This document shows positions 11,858 through 25,965 of a stretch of 64,000 bases of DNA, in pieces. Under the pieces are notes generated by a model, which made no database searches, was not told the DNA's origin, and worked only from the letters and a program-made list of their open reading frames with translations. Every line of letters starts with the position of its first letter. The stretch's first letter is position 1. Source of the DNA: Blasia pusilla (taxonomy: Eukaryota); the NCBI GenBank assembly GCA_050084515.1, contig CM114271.1, positions 15,500,001 to 15,564,000 on the forward strand, in the 5' to 3' direction. The position numbers and the translations under genes are program-made.

Positions 11858-14549
11858 TTTCTTTTCCCATGTGAGATGTGAAGGGGAGTGATCATTCAGA
11901 ATTATGTGGGATTATGATAAAAGTTGAGGAGTGTAGATTACTTTTAGTGAGGAGTTCATTAGGGGATTATTATTTCTTATTCAAGGGGAAAAGTGGGGAT
12001 TATTAGAAAAGCCACAAAATTATTCTAGAATGTGTGGAAATTGGAACAAAGTTTAATGTGGTTATGTCACTTGTATGATGGTATATGGATAGTGTGGTTC
12101 TCAAAACCAAGTAGCCATTCAAGAAAATTTTTGCACAATGAAGAAATGAAATGAAATCAAAGATAAACAAGAGAAGAGATGAGTGCCAACATCGACATGA
12201 TGTAAGAAATAGTATGCAACATGGACATAAAGAGTAGGGTTGTTAATTGAGAAAAATAAGTATATTGCAGCTCTAAGTTCTGATGTTTACAATTATCGCA
12301 GTATGAATACAATAAGCTTGATCATCCATATAAAAAATCTTGTGACGATATACAAAATATGAAACCATCGGTTGAATGTATAAGCAACAATCCATAAAGC
12401 TCAATAGTTGGCCAACACATCTAGTGCTAGTTGATTATGGCAATAACCTAAACAACATCGATAAGAAGGAAAAAATATATCGATGTATGATTTTCCAAAA
12501 TAGTGTGTTTTTTGTCAATTAAAACATAAAAGCAAGGTCAGAGAAAGTGGTACATTTGTAACTTTGTTTAGGGATTGATATTAACTACAAAAAAAACATG
12601 TGTCATTGTTTGTATACATACAAGACTTTAAAATCTAAATGGAAATTTCAACTCATTTTTTTACACGTGGAAGTACTTTTCATGAAACACTTCCAACCAT
12701 AAATCCAATGGAATAACTAAGAAATGAATGGAACCTAGATTGCTTGTTTGAAATTGTTTCCCCCAAAAAATACAATTGTGTTGTTAAAAAAAAATGTAAG
12801 CGAATGAAAAAATAGTGGCTTGTTTTAATCATCATCATTTCTAATCTCATCCGAAAAATGAAACGATTGCTTTGGATTAAAAAGGACTAACGACAATCTC
12901 TCTCTTTACAGGCAACAAAGTGTCTTGTAGCTTTTTGCAAGGAGAATAAATCACTTGTCATGTTTTTCAACATCGCGTAGACATATACTAAGCTTCTTTG
13001 CGCTACCATGGAGTTTGGTTTCCATTTCTTGCGTCCCCAAGCTGCCTAATAAGTGATAGTACTCTACTTACCGAAAGAGGAATCATAGTCATTTCAACTA
13101 GTTGCTTTTTTGGAGTAGGATCTTCGTATGGAGTGATGTTGCTACTACCATCCAAGATGACACCAGCTTTCACTTGAACATCAGTTAAACAAGAAGTCTA
13201 AAAAATCAAAACACACATAAATCAATATAACATACCTGTGACATATGCGCTAATAGAAAATGTTGGTTAGATACAAACAGACGATGCCAGTGAAAGAGTT
13301 TTACCTCATGCTCCAATGACCCCATGGGATAACAAATAGTAACAATAAAAAATGAAGGATTGAATGTGGTGAAAGATTTCAATGAAACACTTGCTAGCCC
13401 TACAAAAACACGATCAAGCGAATATGCGCCAAATGCGGCGGTTGCTACTATTTGTTGAAAAGAAGGAGGCCCTTATAAACAAGAATTAACGACTACGATT
13501 GAGGTAAAGCAATTAAGGATGTAGATTAAATCATTGTAGGGTCATGAGAACATAGCATACCTTGCTGGCCAAACTACATTGAATTCCTATAAAGGCAGTG
13601 TATGTAGTCGATAAAAAAGTTGGGTGCCATAGCTTAATCTAGAATTAGTACTTTCTGAACTAAAATAATGATTTAGAGTAATAAAGTGGGATTCCATACA
13701 AATCGATAAAACCCTAGCTGAAATTAAAAATGTTGATCACTTCTGAAATATTTCTTATTTTCAATATGGATTCAAAGACTCACACCAAATGATAGTGTAA
13801 AATTCTTCAAGCCATGCTGGCCAGTTCAAAACAAAATATCACAAACTAATGCAAAATTAAATTTTCAGTTTTGCAAATAATTACTAGGAGTCCCTTTGGG
13901 ACTTTGTGGGTGAAATGAAATCCAAATTTCAATTTGCGTCGGTTGGTGTAGTGGATGATAATGAATAATTCTCACTTAATTTTCTAATATCCTCTAGATT
14001 ATCAAAGTCAATAACATCTAGTGATAAATCATCTGCCTTCATATTCAATAACAATTTTCTTAGCTCTATGCATTTTTTTAATCAAAATGGAAGCTTGCAT
14101 AGATGGTCACTGTAAGTCTATGATCACATGCATTGAAACTAACAAAATATGTTGGATTTTTGTCAATTGCAAGAGCGTGATGGTCCTTGAAACAAAGGAA
14201 AGCCCTTTTTCACTTTTGCCTTCGTGAGCTTGTGCTCATTGACCTTTAGTCCTTTTAGGATCAATGCCTCCTTTTGTACCCCAACCCTACATTATGAAAC
14301 AAAGTGTGATATATATTCTAAAGAGGAGAAGTAGAAGTGTGAATATGAACTATCTTGTTGGGGAAGCCTTGTTCGGGGGAAGCATTTCTCTTGTCGTGGA
14401 AGAGTGCATCCCATGGTTTGTGATCATTGATCATTTTGAAAATCCCTCTTTGTTACACTGCCAAGTACTAGGCAGGAGGCCCATGTTATCAGCTTATTGT
14501 ATTTGTAGTAGTGATAGTTGTATGTAGAAAACTTGTGCATATGGCTACT

Positions 14550-16653
14550 CAGGTTCTTTTGGAATCTCTTGCACCAGCACTTTTAAGGATATCTTACTAA
14601 CTCCTAACTCTTAGTAAGTTGGGTAGCTCCTCCCAGTGATATGTAAACAATACTATAAAATATCCCTGCACCCCACAATCCCCTTTTTGGGTTAGAAATG
14701 TCAACCCCTTAATATGGTGAAAGGCACCACCCATGGGCATGTAGAGATTCTCTTTTAGATAAGGCTATAATGTTTTTCCCAACTTTCTTTCCTGTAGTTA
14801 TTTGAGGTTAATTTGGATTCTAATCTTCTTTTATGAATTTTTATTTTAAGACAAATTTTATGAATATTATGTCTGAAAGGGGTATTGCCATACAGTTTTG
14901 GATTGATATTCACTTATGCTCTAGGAAGGGGGTTGTGTCAATATTTTCATGCACATTCACATTCCTACATAACATAAATTATTATCACATATACTGAAAA
15001 AATGTCATATAGTAACACAATGCTAACATAACACACATCACATCCATATATATGTAGACCATCACATAAAGAGGCTATGGAAACTCCCCCCTTGCTAGTG
15101 ATTGGGTCTCTCCAACCTAGATAGTCAATTGTTGCGTTGAAAACAATATACAACTTTACGGTGCTAAGATCAAGAGGTTGCCCCGTCGTTAGTTGCCCTT
15201 CCAAAATCCATGTCTCTCTTAATGAAAATTGACTATCCATGACATAACCATCATCCTAGAGAAATCAAATATATCCAAGGATGACATCAAACATACCACA
15301 TACCACCCTCTAAAACCACCAACCACACTACCATTGTAGGCACATACCCACTTGGATTGTGCATCTCCAACCATTGGATGTTACCCAAAATACTCACCTA
15401 GTGATCCAGAGCCATAGATTCCCAACATGAATTTGGTAAGTTCTGATAACATCAAATCACAAACATTGAGATAAGTCCAATCTCACTGTTCCATCTTCCT
15501 CCATACCAACCGACTGTAATACTTGTGTGAAGTTGTGTCATTGGTAGTAATACCACTATCATGATTGCATTAATCTCATGAATATCCACTAGGTAGTCCC
15601 ACACATCATAGGACGCCAATTTCAACGGCTCCACAACAACCTCGTCACAACTCTCTATGAAGGCCTTATTCCAAGTTGGCAGCACATATTGTTCCACATT
15701 ATGTTGCAATAACTTGCATGGGCCCACCAATGATTCCCAATCCACACATTGTATCACGCCAATTGGCACCACTTACACAACACAGTCCTACTGAATAAAA
15801 CATCATATACCATTGGTTGATCCTTTCATGGGTTATGTGCCCAACTCATCATTGAAGAGTATGTTAAAAAAAATTACCATCGTACCTCACTCTACACCAC
15901 TAACATAGCCACCTCATGATTGCTAATCTGACCAATAGGAGATCGGATCCTCCCAATAGTCCAACCTCAAACCCTTGGGATACAACACTATACCACCAAC
16001 TAGCACATCATTGACTCAATATCCATCACCAATTGATGCTAGAGCCCTCATCATTAAATTATGGGTAGGATGCTCAAAATTCACCCTCACCACTACCATC
16101 ACAATTTGAAGACTACAACTTGACTAAACATGAAGGATTGTACTCCAAAATCCAAGAGCATTCACTTTGGACAATACACCACACTAGAGGGCCCAACCAA
16201 AAAGAACAGGCCCTTTGTGTTATCCAACAAGATAACACCAAGGTATCTATCTAGCCTCGAAGGTAACTCCTCCATACAAGTTTTTTTTTCACACCATGTG
16301 GTGCTCAACTCAACCAACATCAATGGCTCCACATTTTTCTTCCCACCAAAAGATAACACTACCATGAAGGCTACCTTTCCACCCAAGGCAACAATATCAC
16401 CGCTCTTATACAATGTCACAGTGGCGGCAACCCAAAACACCTTAGACAGTCCCACTCCGACAAATCCATGGTAGAAAAAAGAGACATACAACATAGAGCA
16501 ATCATTTTCCCCAACAATATACTCAAATAGAGCTCCTCGCATACTTTTGCATTCTCTAGCAGAAAATCTACCACACCATGAGACATACTCGATCCTCCAC
16601 TAAAAACCGCACTTACTTAACTAGGACCTATCAATGGGGGCCTTGTGATACTA
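14550..16653 (-). mobile_element. Highly decayed Ty3/Gypsy-like remnant
   Basis: Minus-strand fragments FDVILG and LGNIQWLEMHNPS resemble retropepsin motifs. A degenerate PBS-like TAGTATCA lies near 16650. No intact ORF. Confidence 0.35.
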
Positions 16654-17938
16654 TTATTAGAGCATAAAGAAGAAGTTACAAAGAGGTTTTTTTTTAATCA
16701 AGAACTTCTCAAGTTTCAAGAATAACTATGAGTTACGAAGAATAAAAGGAACTATAAGGCATGAAAGATGTTTAGAAGAGTTGCGATGAAGAAATTGGTA
16801 TTTTGAAGAGATATGTGGACAAGAAAGATATTCTAAGGTACATATAGCTTAAAGATGCTCTTTGAGGGTGAGTGGCGGATCTCTTGCATATGCATGGATT
16901 TATTGAGGTTTAGCAAAGAAGTGGCAGCAGATTCAACCGAGCTCACGTTTTGACCAAAGAATTGGGATGAAAAATTATGTTCTAAAGTATATATGGTAAG
17001 TCATTGAGGAATTTTATGCAAGGCCCAAGGCACTATCAAGTAGATAGGATTTCTCTCCAAAAATCCTATGATTGAGGTTAAAAATGGTGAATGGCTACGT
17101 ATGAAGTAGGTAACATAAGTGAAGAGGATTTATGGCTATGGATTCATGTAGGTGTTGCGGAGTATCTTCAACCCAAATTGACCATCTCAAGTGCATGGGA
17201 ATCATATGCACTTCTATCATCAAGCTTGGGGGGACTATTTGATTAGCAAAGGACATTATATCCAAGGATCAATGTAGCATTAACTCATTGATTTGTCAGA
17301 GAGGATGATTATTGTGACCTATGTGGATGTGCAACTAGTACACATGTGTGTTGCAGAGGAGTGGGATAACATGGATGAATTTAAAGCATACCTAAAGGGA
17401 AAAGTAGAGATAATCAACATAGATGAAGTCTTAGATTCGGGTGAAGGGGATATAAGTCAAGAAGAACAAATAGAGAGAGACTAGACTCTACTGATGAAGA
17501 GCAACATCAGGAAGAGGAAGCACGTGGAAAGTACTGAAGAAACACCAATGGAGGTGGAGATAATCAAATAAGAGGAAGGACATGAGATTCCAATGGCTAT
17601 GTTGGTTTGATTAGGGAGACACACTATGGAAGAACTAGGGTTGAAGAGAATGAAGAAGATTATGGTAGAGAAAGAAGATAAGTCCGGAAGAGTAATGGTA
17701 GATTTGGATCCGGGGGTTTTAGAAAAGCTTGGTAATTTGTTAGAGATTACTAGTTTATAGTTCAAAGAATTGACACTTTAAGACTAGAAGTGAAGAAAGG
17801 TAGCCAAGAACACTAGACACGAGGTAGCTGGCAAATTTGGTCAATAGAATAAGCGAGTTAGAGAAAAAGATTGGAGCACATGATATAGATAAGCTATTAG
17901 ATGAAAATAGGAAGTTAAAAGAACAACTTAGTAATCCT

Positions 17939-18480
17939 CAAGGTTGCATGGAAACAGGCAAGTCTGTCCATGGGACGGATATGTCCACAGACTTGTCGCC
18001 CGAGTACTCGTATGCGAGTCCATGGCAAGCACCCAGGCAGGCCAAGCCCACAACACTTTTGAGGGTCCCATGCATCATGTAGCCATGCATGCTAGGTGGG
18101 TTGAGCCCCCATTGGGCAAGGTCAGGCCCACGCAGGGCCCATATGGCAAGCTGAAGGCCGCTGTTGAGCCTACATAGGGCCCACCCATGGCGGGTTGGGC
18201 CCCCATTGGGCATGCCATGGCGGGCTCAAGCACGGGCCTTGCGCAAGCCTAAGCATGCCCAATGTGGGCCCAACCCCCCTACGGGCCTTGTGCGGGCTAC
18301 GAGCGGGCCACAAAATTGGTGTCGGCTCGGCCCGCTCGGGTGCCACTAGGAGCTCGACTGGCTCATGGGCGGGCTTGGATGCAGGCCGTAGATACTTGAG
18401 TAAGCAGGTCCACACGGACATGTCCGTCCTAGGGACAGACATAAGTCCACGGACATGGACTATTTCTGTGTGCAACTCTC
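17939..18480. mobile_element. hAT-type MITE (542 bp), related to the element at 1670-1997
   Basis: TIRs CAAGGTTGCA...TGCAACTCTC; 8-bp TSD GTAATCCT/ATAATCCT. Shares the GGACA(T)GTCC subterminal motifs. GC-rich, GGGCCC-rich core. Confidence 0.8.
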
Positions 18481-18905
18481 ATAATCCTACACAAGGTTGG
18501 TTAGCAGAGAAAATTACATGAATCTCAGCAAGGAAAAAAGTTAGGGATTATGAAGAGTCATGCATGTTTAGTAACAATAGCATTAGTTAAGGTAGAATAG
18601 AAGGATTAGTAGAGATTTTTTCTTTGTTGAAGGATCAGGGGACTTGTTTCCAACTCCATTGTGTAGATGTGACTTAGAATTGTACATAAGTAAAAGTTCG
18701 AGAATTCTTTAATCTATGTGTGAGTTGCATATATGGAGTTGATACCTGGTAACCTTCTTTGGTGTAATCATTGATACTCGGAGTTCTAAAATTGGGAAAA
18801 AGGGGATCCTTGACCATTATATTTCTTCCTAGAGGAGTTAGATTGCTTTGACCTTAAGGAAGAACTTCTACTCTTATGACAAGGTTCAATCCCGCCTTTG
18901 AGAAG

Positions 18906-19017
18906 GAAGAATGTGAGAGGGCATTGGGATTGTCTACTCTTGTGGGACTTGAACTCTTCTCAAGTTAAAGTTCCACAAGAGTAGATAATTAATCCCCAAT
19001 GCCCTCTCCCATTCTTC
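18906..19017. repeat. Fold-back inverted repeat (~50-bp arms, 7-nt loop)
   Basis: GAAGAATGTGAGAGGGCATTGGG..GTCTACTCTTGTGGGACTTGAACT pairs with AGTTAAAGTTCCACAAGAGTAGAT..CCCAATGCCCTCTCCCATTCTTC. Confidence 0.85.
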
Positions 19018-21394
19018 TAGCCCACAATCGTTATCGTTTGAGAGACCCATTTAGGCTCACATCTCGCTTCTCTAAGTAATGCCTCATTGATGAGACGCAA
19101 ATCCATTTCCATCCTAGTATGATGTTCTTAATTGGCACGTGTTTGGTTATGAGCGTCACGACACCAATACTCACATGGTAGAAAAATGAAGCATCCCTTA
19201 CACGTTGTCATCAAAGCTATCCCAAGTTTAAACTTGGGATAGCTTGATATAGTTGGTATAGTTGATAATCCTTTAATATTTGGAGATAATTTTGGGGTTT
19301 CCATGGGTTGAATTTTGATCATCTAACCCCAAACTTGGGATACCAACCATCTTTCCTTGTTGGGAAGTTGTACAATCTTGAAAGACACTTTAGCCATGGC
19401 GCAAATGTAGTGTGCGAGAGCTCTTGTAGTCCAGGTCTTACATCTGCTGATGTCCGTTGATCGTAAGAGGCTCCATAAGACTACCTTTAAAGCGGTCTGC
19501 CTTAGAACCCAGAACTCTCTTCCTGGAATTCATGGAAGCTATCATCATCCCCCAGGAAATCACGAAAGTTGTGACGGGTTTCCTGAGTTTCAAAAAAATC
19601 GTCTTTAGCTTGAATCCGCCCACATATTCTTCGCTCCGTTGTATCGCCTTACACATTTGCGCTTCTTAATAACGAATCCGGGTCGCTGGAAACTGAATGA
19701 GGTAGTTAGGGGAAAGGGACGGGGGTGCAGAGGTCCAGCAGAATTTGTACTTCCCAGAAAGTTGATTCAAAGCTCGGAGGGGCATGGCTTATTCGTAGTT
19801 CCTCCGGTTCCTCAACTTCGTGACGACTATTGTATTCTAATTAGCCTCCCTTTCCAGCAAGACCTCACTGAAGAATAGTGCAGAATACAATTTCGATGAT
19901 GTATTGACTCGCAACTCATCTCAGATCGTACCGGTCGATGCACGGCCCTGTTTGAGAATCCCTTTCGACTTCGACATCGATTAGACGACGGTAACCTAGA
20001 TCTCCGACATCATCCCGCACCTTCAACCCCCAGTTCGTCATCAACTGTGGGGTCCATAGGCGGCAGGAAAACATCATCCCGGACATCCGAGTTCCAAACT
20101 CAATTCGTCGGCGATTTACGCTTTTAAGCTCGCTTTCAAACCTGTTCGTACACCCGTCTGCAAACAGGTTTCAAGAAAGACCGAAAGACCCTCTAGCTGT
20201 CAGTCTTATTTGTCCCACACGACATCGGAAGGATATCGCCACGGAGGAAATGCGGTTTTACATTTTCTTTGTTGTGCTGTTTCTACAATAGGGAAAGAAA
20301 GTTCTTGAAAGGTTCCTTCGAGAAGTTATTTTTAAGAAGCGCTCTTTTTTATCTTGACCCTGACGGAGTATTTCGGTCCAACCCCGCCCCTCGGATGGGT
20401 TACCCAATTTCTTGTGTATATGTCCTGTATTTCTCACTCACTCGCATAACCGGCAACCCCACTTCGTCAGATGAACTCGAGCCAGGAGCGAGTTTCCTTT
20501 CCAAGTGTAACATGGAAATGACTCGAGCTCTGCCGGGAAGAAATACATATTTTCATCTCTTGGACTACGCGTAGAGTCATGACCACAGATTTACCAATGG
20601 CGTTGCACGATAACGCGAAGCCTTGCTCGGTACCATCGCCCTTGCATGGTCCAGTCCAAGCTATGGAGAGGTTTACACATCGTTTGATGTGGACAACAAA
20701 CAAATCTGAATTTGCTCCTGTGGGGCAGACTGAAAAGCGTCAGAGCGGGAAAGAAAGTGGTGACAAACAATTACACTCTCCCTGGAATCCAGAAGACACA
20801 ACTCATCCGGGACCGGGTCTGCCAAACTAATTTATTTCATTTTTCAATGATGTTCCTCCTTCGACTACTAGCCGACGGAAGCATACTATGGAATCACTGC
20901 TACAGCGCATTCCACGACACACTGACCGAATCAATCGAACTTCCGAGGAAATTTTCTCCAGTGATTTCAGAGACATGTTTACAAGGTACACATGACATGT
21001 CCCTGTCAAGAGCAAACCACTGAAGTTGACGGAACTTTACTAACTAGAAGTAGAACTTTACTGTGCATATGTACAGCGTGCGCAATGGTAGCTCATCTCC
21101 AACAATAGTTCTACAACCCTAGCTGTCCTTGCTCCCAACTTTCACTGACGAGTTTCTGCAAAATTGTGGTCTCATGGAGCGTGAGTGTGAAAGAGACCGT
21201 GATAAGTTTACAAGTTGCATTGGCGGCGCGTACCTATAATTCCAGAGAGTGCTTCATGATCTGTGGAGAGATGAAACCAAGCAGCAGAGTGAAGTCATCC
21301 GGATGGCGACCACTCATTTTACAGAATGATTGTCGTGGGTAAATCAAAAGACCTTCTGCATTAAACGAATTGCAGGAGTAGATGAGCAGATCAA

Positions 21395-24300
21395 TCAAGC
21401 CTTCCGTTGGCTACTTCGTAGCCTACTCGAGATGAACTCTGAATTGTGCAGATTCCCGACCGGGACGGGTCGCCTCCTTTTCCCGTTCTCTTTCGTGGTT
21501 CCTTCAGGATCTGATTCGGAGTCGGATATCACCAAAACCGGAACAAGACTACCTGCAGTGACTTCACACTTCACACTACCGGAGGTTTTCGCAGCTCCGC
21601 ACCTGCTCGATTCCCTGATGCGTGGTGCCTTAGACAGAAGCATTGGTAAATTGGAACAGTCTCCAGGTGGTACTACATTGTTCGTCCGGCGTTTCTTTTC
21701 TGGAACACCAGCGTTTGGTTTGACGCTGGCAGTGTCTTCGCACTTGACTTCACACTGTTCCAGCTTATTTTGATGCGAGAGCGTCAATCGATCCTTTGTG
21801 TTCTTTTCTAGATGTCTTGGGGCTGGGACGTGCGCTGACGGACTCAAGAGTTTCCCTTCCACTTCCCCAGAGGCAACACCGATTCCGGACAATTTTGGCA
21901 AACACTCTGTTTCGAGGATCATCTGCCGCCCAGTCTCGACATCAAAGACCGCGCGTATCTCAGCCTTACGAGGGTTAGATCGTAGGGGAGATGGTGTGGA
22001 TGGTTCTAAGCAGCCATCATTAGCATTAGATTGCCCATCCGTTGCGCTTTCCATTTTCTGCTCTGCTTCTTCAGTACTTCCGTTTCCAGGTGAAGCAGAG
22101 GGATGTGATACAGCTCGGCATGTAGTCATCAGGTAATGTGCGACTGACTTATAACCCTCGGCGGCGACCTGAAATGTACCCACATGACGCAGCCAAATGT
22201 CAGCCATGGCTCTTGAGCGGATAGAATGACTCCGTCGCCGTTTAAGATTGACCAGCTATATAGTCCACGGAAAGAGTCTCTTGGATGGAATCGGAGGAGG
22301 GTAGAATAAGGCTGGCTGATGGCATGGTGAATGAGCTTATGCCCAGCATAGACTCGTTCAGATTCTCAAACGAGGATGCGAGTGCTTCAAAACACTTTTG
22401 AGAGCATTCAGTGACCGTTCTAGCTTACCCTTCTGTAGAGCAACCCTGTTGGCCTCCAACCTCGTTTCGGCCGGCAGAGGCTGCAATTGCAGATCCCTCG
22501 GCAAACAGGGCAAACCCATTTTTTGTTTGCTTTCGCTTCCAGGACATTCTCTCCATACCTGCCATCCAGCAACAGAGGACTCAACTTTCAATCACTCACG
22601 AGATTCACTAAACCGGACTAGTCACATCGTAAACCCTTAACGGAGCTAAGCCTACCATTTCATTTACAAGCTTCAAGACGAGCACGTTCTAGAGTTCGGC
22701 CAATACCGATTCTAGCTGCAAGTTGGCGAGGAGAGAAGAAATGGTATGGGGCAGAATCTGATTTTGGAAAAAAGGAAGTTATTAACTCGTTGAATAGGGC
22801 TATGATGAAACACATTTAAGTCCATGGACCCATCTGTAGTCTCACGAGATCCCTTCGTTCACTGCGATTACTCAGTCTGAAAAGTACAACTTAGGAGCTA
22901 TACACGTTTGGTAAGAGCTAACAACGATCTGACCTACAACTGAAGAGAAGAGAGAACACTTTCCACTTGTCGAGAACGAAGCGGGCAAGATATTGATCTT
23001 AGGCAGGATTCCAAGGCAACAGGTTGGTAAAAAGAGAACTGAGATTGTGTGAGTAAACTCCACAGAAGAAAGATTCCCTACCTGACCGTCTCCTACGAAG
23101 TCACGAAATCAATCAAAGCTCGAGAAATTCTTGTCCCATGCAGAACGATTTCTAAATGACGGCCGAGTGTACACAGTCAACATATTCCCTGCCGGCTCAG
23201 GTTCGGGAAATACCTCATGAAGAGACAGTCTCCACAAAATTGGCCATGGAGAGACTCGCAGGAGCTACACCAGGTACGATGACCTAACGTCTTCTGTCTG
23301 TCCAACGCAAAGGCAATGTAAGATACGCAACTCTCTCGGAAGCCGATGCCATGTACGTTGAAATCTCATATTCGTGGCCCACGACAATCTCAGCGTTGTG
23401 GAACTGCTTGTGGAACAGAAATTCATCTCCCTTACTGCAAATCTTTGGACCACCAGATCTTTCCAACGTAATAGCAATTGAGCTCGGACAAACTCTAGAG
23501 AATTCGGAGTCCGCCGCAATCGCCACAGAACTCAACTACACTTAAGAAATGATTTAATCTTGATTATCCACTGACCGAAACCAGTCCGAGGAACATGTCT
23601 AATCGCGATTTGGCCACGCAAACATCGCAATCCTTCAGTGTTCGAGTTCTTTCGAGTCTAACCTGCACTGGTGGCAAGTCTTCCCATGCACTGAGTCATA
23701 AATTCGGCTTCCATTCGCGTCATAACCATCGCGGAAGAGCTCCCATGGCGTTTCACAAGAACCCAGTAACTTCACGTCCTCCTCGGTGTAAATCTCAGGC
23801 TTTGACCCGACCAAGTTAAGCTCACGCCACGAACTCACCCTTTTCGATTCCTCCTTGAAATTATCTCTGTATGAAACGCAAGGGGTACCCTGGAGCCTGC
23901 AGATTTGTCAATACAGCGCAATACGATGAGACACGCAGAGGAACCTTCGAAAATCTTGCAGTTCGGCAGTGTCTGGCAGAATGCAATTTACCTCTATAAC
24001 CGCTGAACAAATCCGTATGCTGTAGCTACAAGTCCTGAAACCTAGTGGAGATAACTCATTGGAACATGGGCATGTCTGAATGTCCTCGCCTCTAACCTGC
24101 CCGTGGTAATCGCACCTCCCAATACTCAGTCTAACACTACACGCAAGAATGTGTTTACTGATAGCTCTTGTGACCCTAAAAGAAATCCGGTGGTAGAGCA
24201 TTCCGCCACCAAGAAGCCGCCTGGCATCTCGAGTTCGATTGGACCCGCTCAGACGAAATAGCATGGGAAGAGTCAACCCTAACCCCCGCAATCCTGAAAC

Positions 24301-24858
24301 GATGATTATTCAATGGCATAAATAGACTGTGTAACGGAGAGTGGGTTTCACTTCAGTTACTCAAGGTTGAATGTGGGTTGAGGTGATTGAAGAATGTAGA
24401 AAACTGGTTCTGCTCTGCTCTCATAAAGCTATAGTGCTCGCACTGCCCCGTCTCACTGTGAAAAAACATACGTAACAGGATAGGGGCTCAAGAGGGAAAT
24501 AGGGATATGTCTATGGAAACCGGTAAGTATACGTTGTCTCGGTCTCTCGAAAGTATGATGGGTACCTGGAAGAGCGACGCGGCGGCTGAAAGTTCAGATT
24601 CTTTATCCTGTTAAGTTTACTTTTAGCTCTAATCGCTGATTCTACGTGCTTGTTGGTCCTGCACTTCGACATTTGCTGGGAAAGATCCAGCAGACCCAGC
24701 TCCGACATACGCCTCCTGTTTCGTTCCACCCGATCATTCCTCTCTTTCTCGTATGCAATCTGCTGCTCCAGCTCCTGCGCCGACAGGGTATCATTTTCTG
24801 CAACGGCAGACGGATCTTCGTTTCCTCCGTCACCGTCTCTCTTCCTCTTCCCCATCAT
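21395..24858 (-). CDS. CDCA7-like zinc-finger (zf-4CXXC_R1) protein, 5 exons, ~504 aa
   Basis: Exons 24858-24566, 23896-23663, 23297-23214, 22558-22429 and 22168-21395, all GT-AG and in frame (1515 nt). They give KPEIYTEE..RIYDSVHGKTCHQCRQKTLGHRTWCSSCESLHGQFCGDCLFMRYGENVLEA..WVCPVCRGICNCSLCR..GYKSVAHYL. Confidence 0.92.
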
Positions 24859-24990
24859 CTCCCCCAATTCTTTACAGTTCAGTCGCTTTCTCTCACCCAC
24901 GAATCGCAGCGCAGGCCTCACGAAGAATTTCTACTCCTACAAATGAGAGAGCGATGATCGCCTTCTCCCAGGAGCTGGGTGCCTAAGCAG

Positions 24991-25140
24991 CCAACGGACG
25001 CGCCGTAAGTTCTCTCTCCCGCAGGCATTCCCAGAGCTGTATGTTATACATACATTCGGGACGACCGCGGAGGACCAAAGACACTTTTCCCGGAGCGCGG
25101 AAGGATGCCGAACGGGCAGCAGAAACCGTTCGCAACGGCT
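24991..25140. promoter_or_regulatory. Cluster of AACGG (MSA/MYB3R-like) cores plus an E2F-like site upstream of the CDCA7-like gene
   Basis: AACGG at 24993, 25111 and 25134; CCGTT at 25126; TTTTCCCGG at 25085-25093. Confidence 0.4.
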
Positions 25141-25186
25141 ACAATGTTTCCAGGTACGCCGTACATGTGAAGAATCCATATTTCAC

Positions 25187-25342
25187 GGTGGGTCGTGAAT
25201 TTGAGAAACGAGTCGGAAAGTCCAAATTATGGTTTCCATTCAAAACTAAGGGCCGGGTCCCATGGTGGGTCGTGAATTTGAGAAACGAGTCGGAAAGTCC
25301 AAATTATGGTTTCCATTCAAAACTAAGGGCCGGGTCCCATGG
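25187..25342. repeat. Perfect 77-bp tandem duplication
   Basis: 25187-25263 is identical to 25264-25340. Confidence 0.95.
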
Positions 25343-25665
25343 GCCAGCGTCGGGCACCGACGGTCCTTGTTAAAGTCGGTGATTTGCAAAGAGAGTCTTT
25401 GGTTTTGTCCGGCAGTCCTTGGTTTTCTTGCGCCCAAAAAAATTGGGCGCAAGAAATGATGTGCGTCCTCGCGACCTCCACAACCTGGTAGAAATTTGAA
25501 AAAACTCGTTCCAGTTCTAACCGTTTTTGTCGCTTCTTTTGTCGTATTCTCCCAACCGGTTGGAAGGAACCGGCTGGAAAGCCGCCGCCGGCGAGCAGTT
25601 CCAGCCGGCGGGTGGCTTCTTGGGGTCGCAAGCGACCCCAAGAAGTCGCCCATGCGACCCGGCCC
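25327..25665. mobile_element. Tourist-like (PIF/Harbinger) MITE
   Basis: TIRs GGGCCGGGTCCCATGGGC...GCCCATGCGACCCGGCCC, TAA TSD on both sides, and internal palindromes such as 25616-25645. Confidence 0.85.
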
Positions 25666-25965
25666 TAAGTGTGTGAGCCTTTGCACCCATTTGAGTTTTT
25701 AAACGTGGGTTCAAATGAATTTCTACCATAAGAGGTCGGCATTTTATGTCAATATAATGAAGAAGGGAATTTTTTACTAATAATATCAATCAATAATCAT
25801 TTGAATCGTTCATAATTATTGATCTCTTTTCTATCGACTAGTTCTTTCATATAGTTGATCAATTTTGGAAAATTTCACCTTGATTTCTGTGTAGGAGTCG
25901 TCTATGCTTCAATTAGAGCAGTAGAGAGTTTGAAATTATATTTTTTTGAGTGAAATCGTTCGTCA

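Noticed and set aside
12890-13320. Exon-like minus-strand fragments
   Set aside because: No coherent splice model and no recognisable domain.
19438-21023. Short ORFs downstream of the CDCA7-like gene
   Set aside because: No recognisable homology or consistent exon chain; probably UTR or intergenic.
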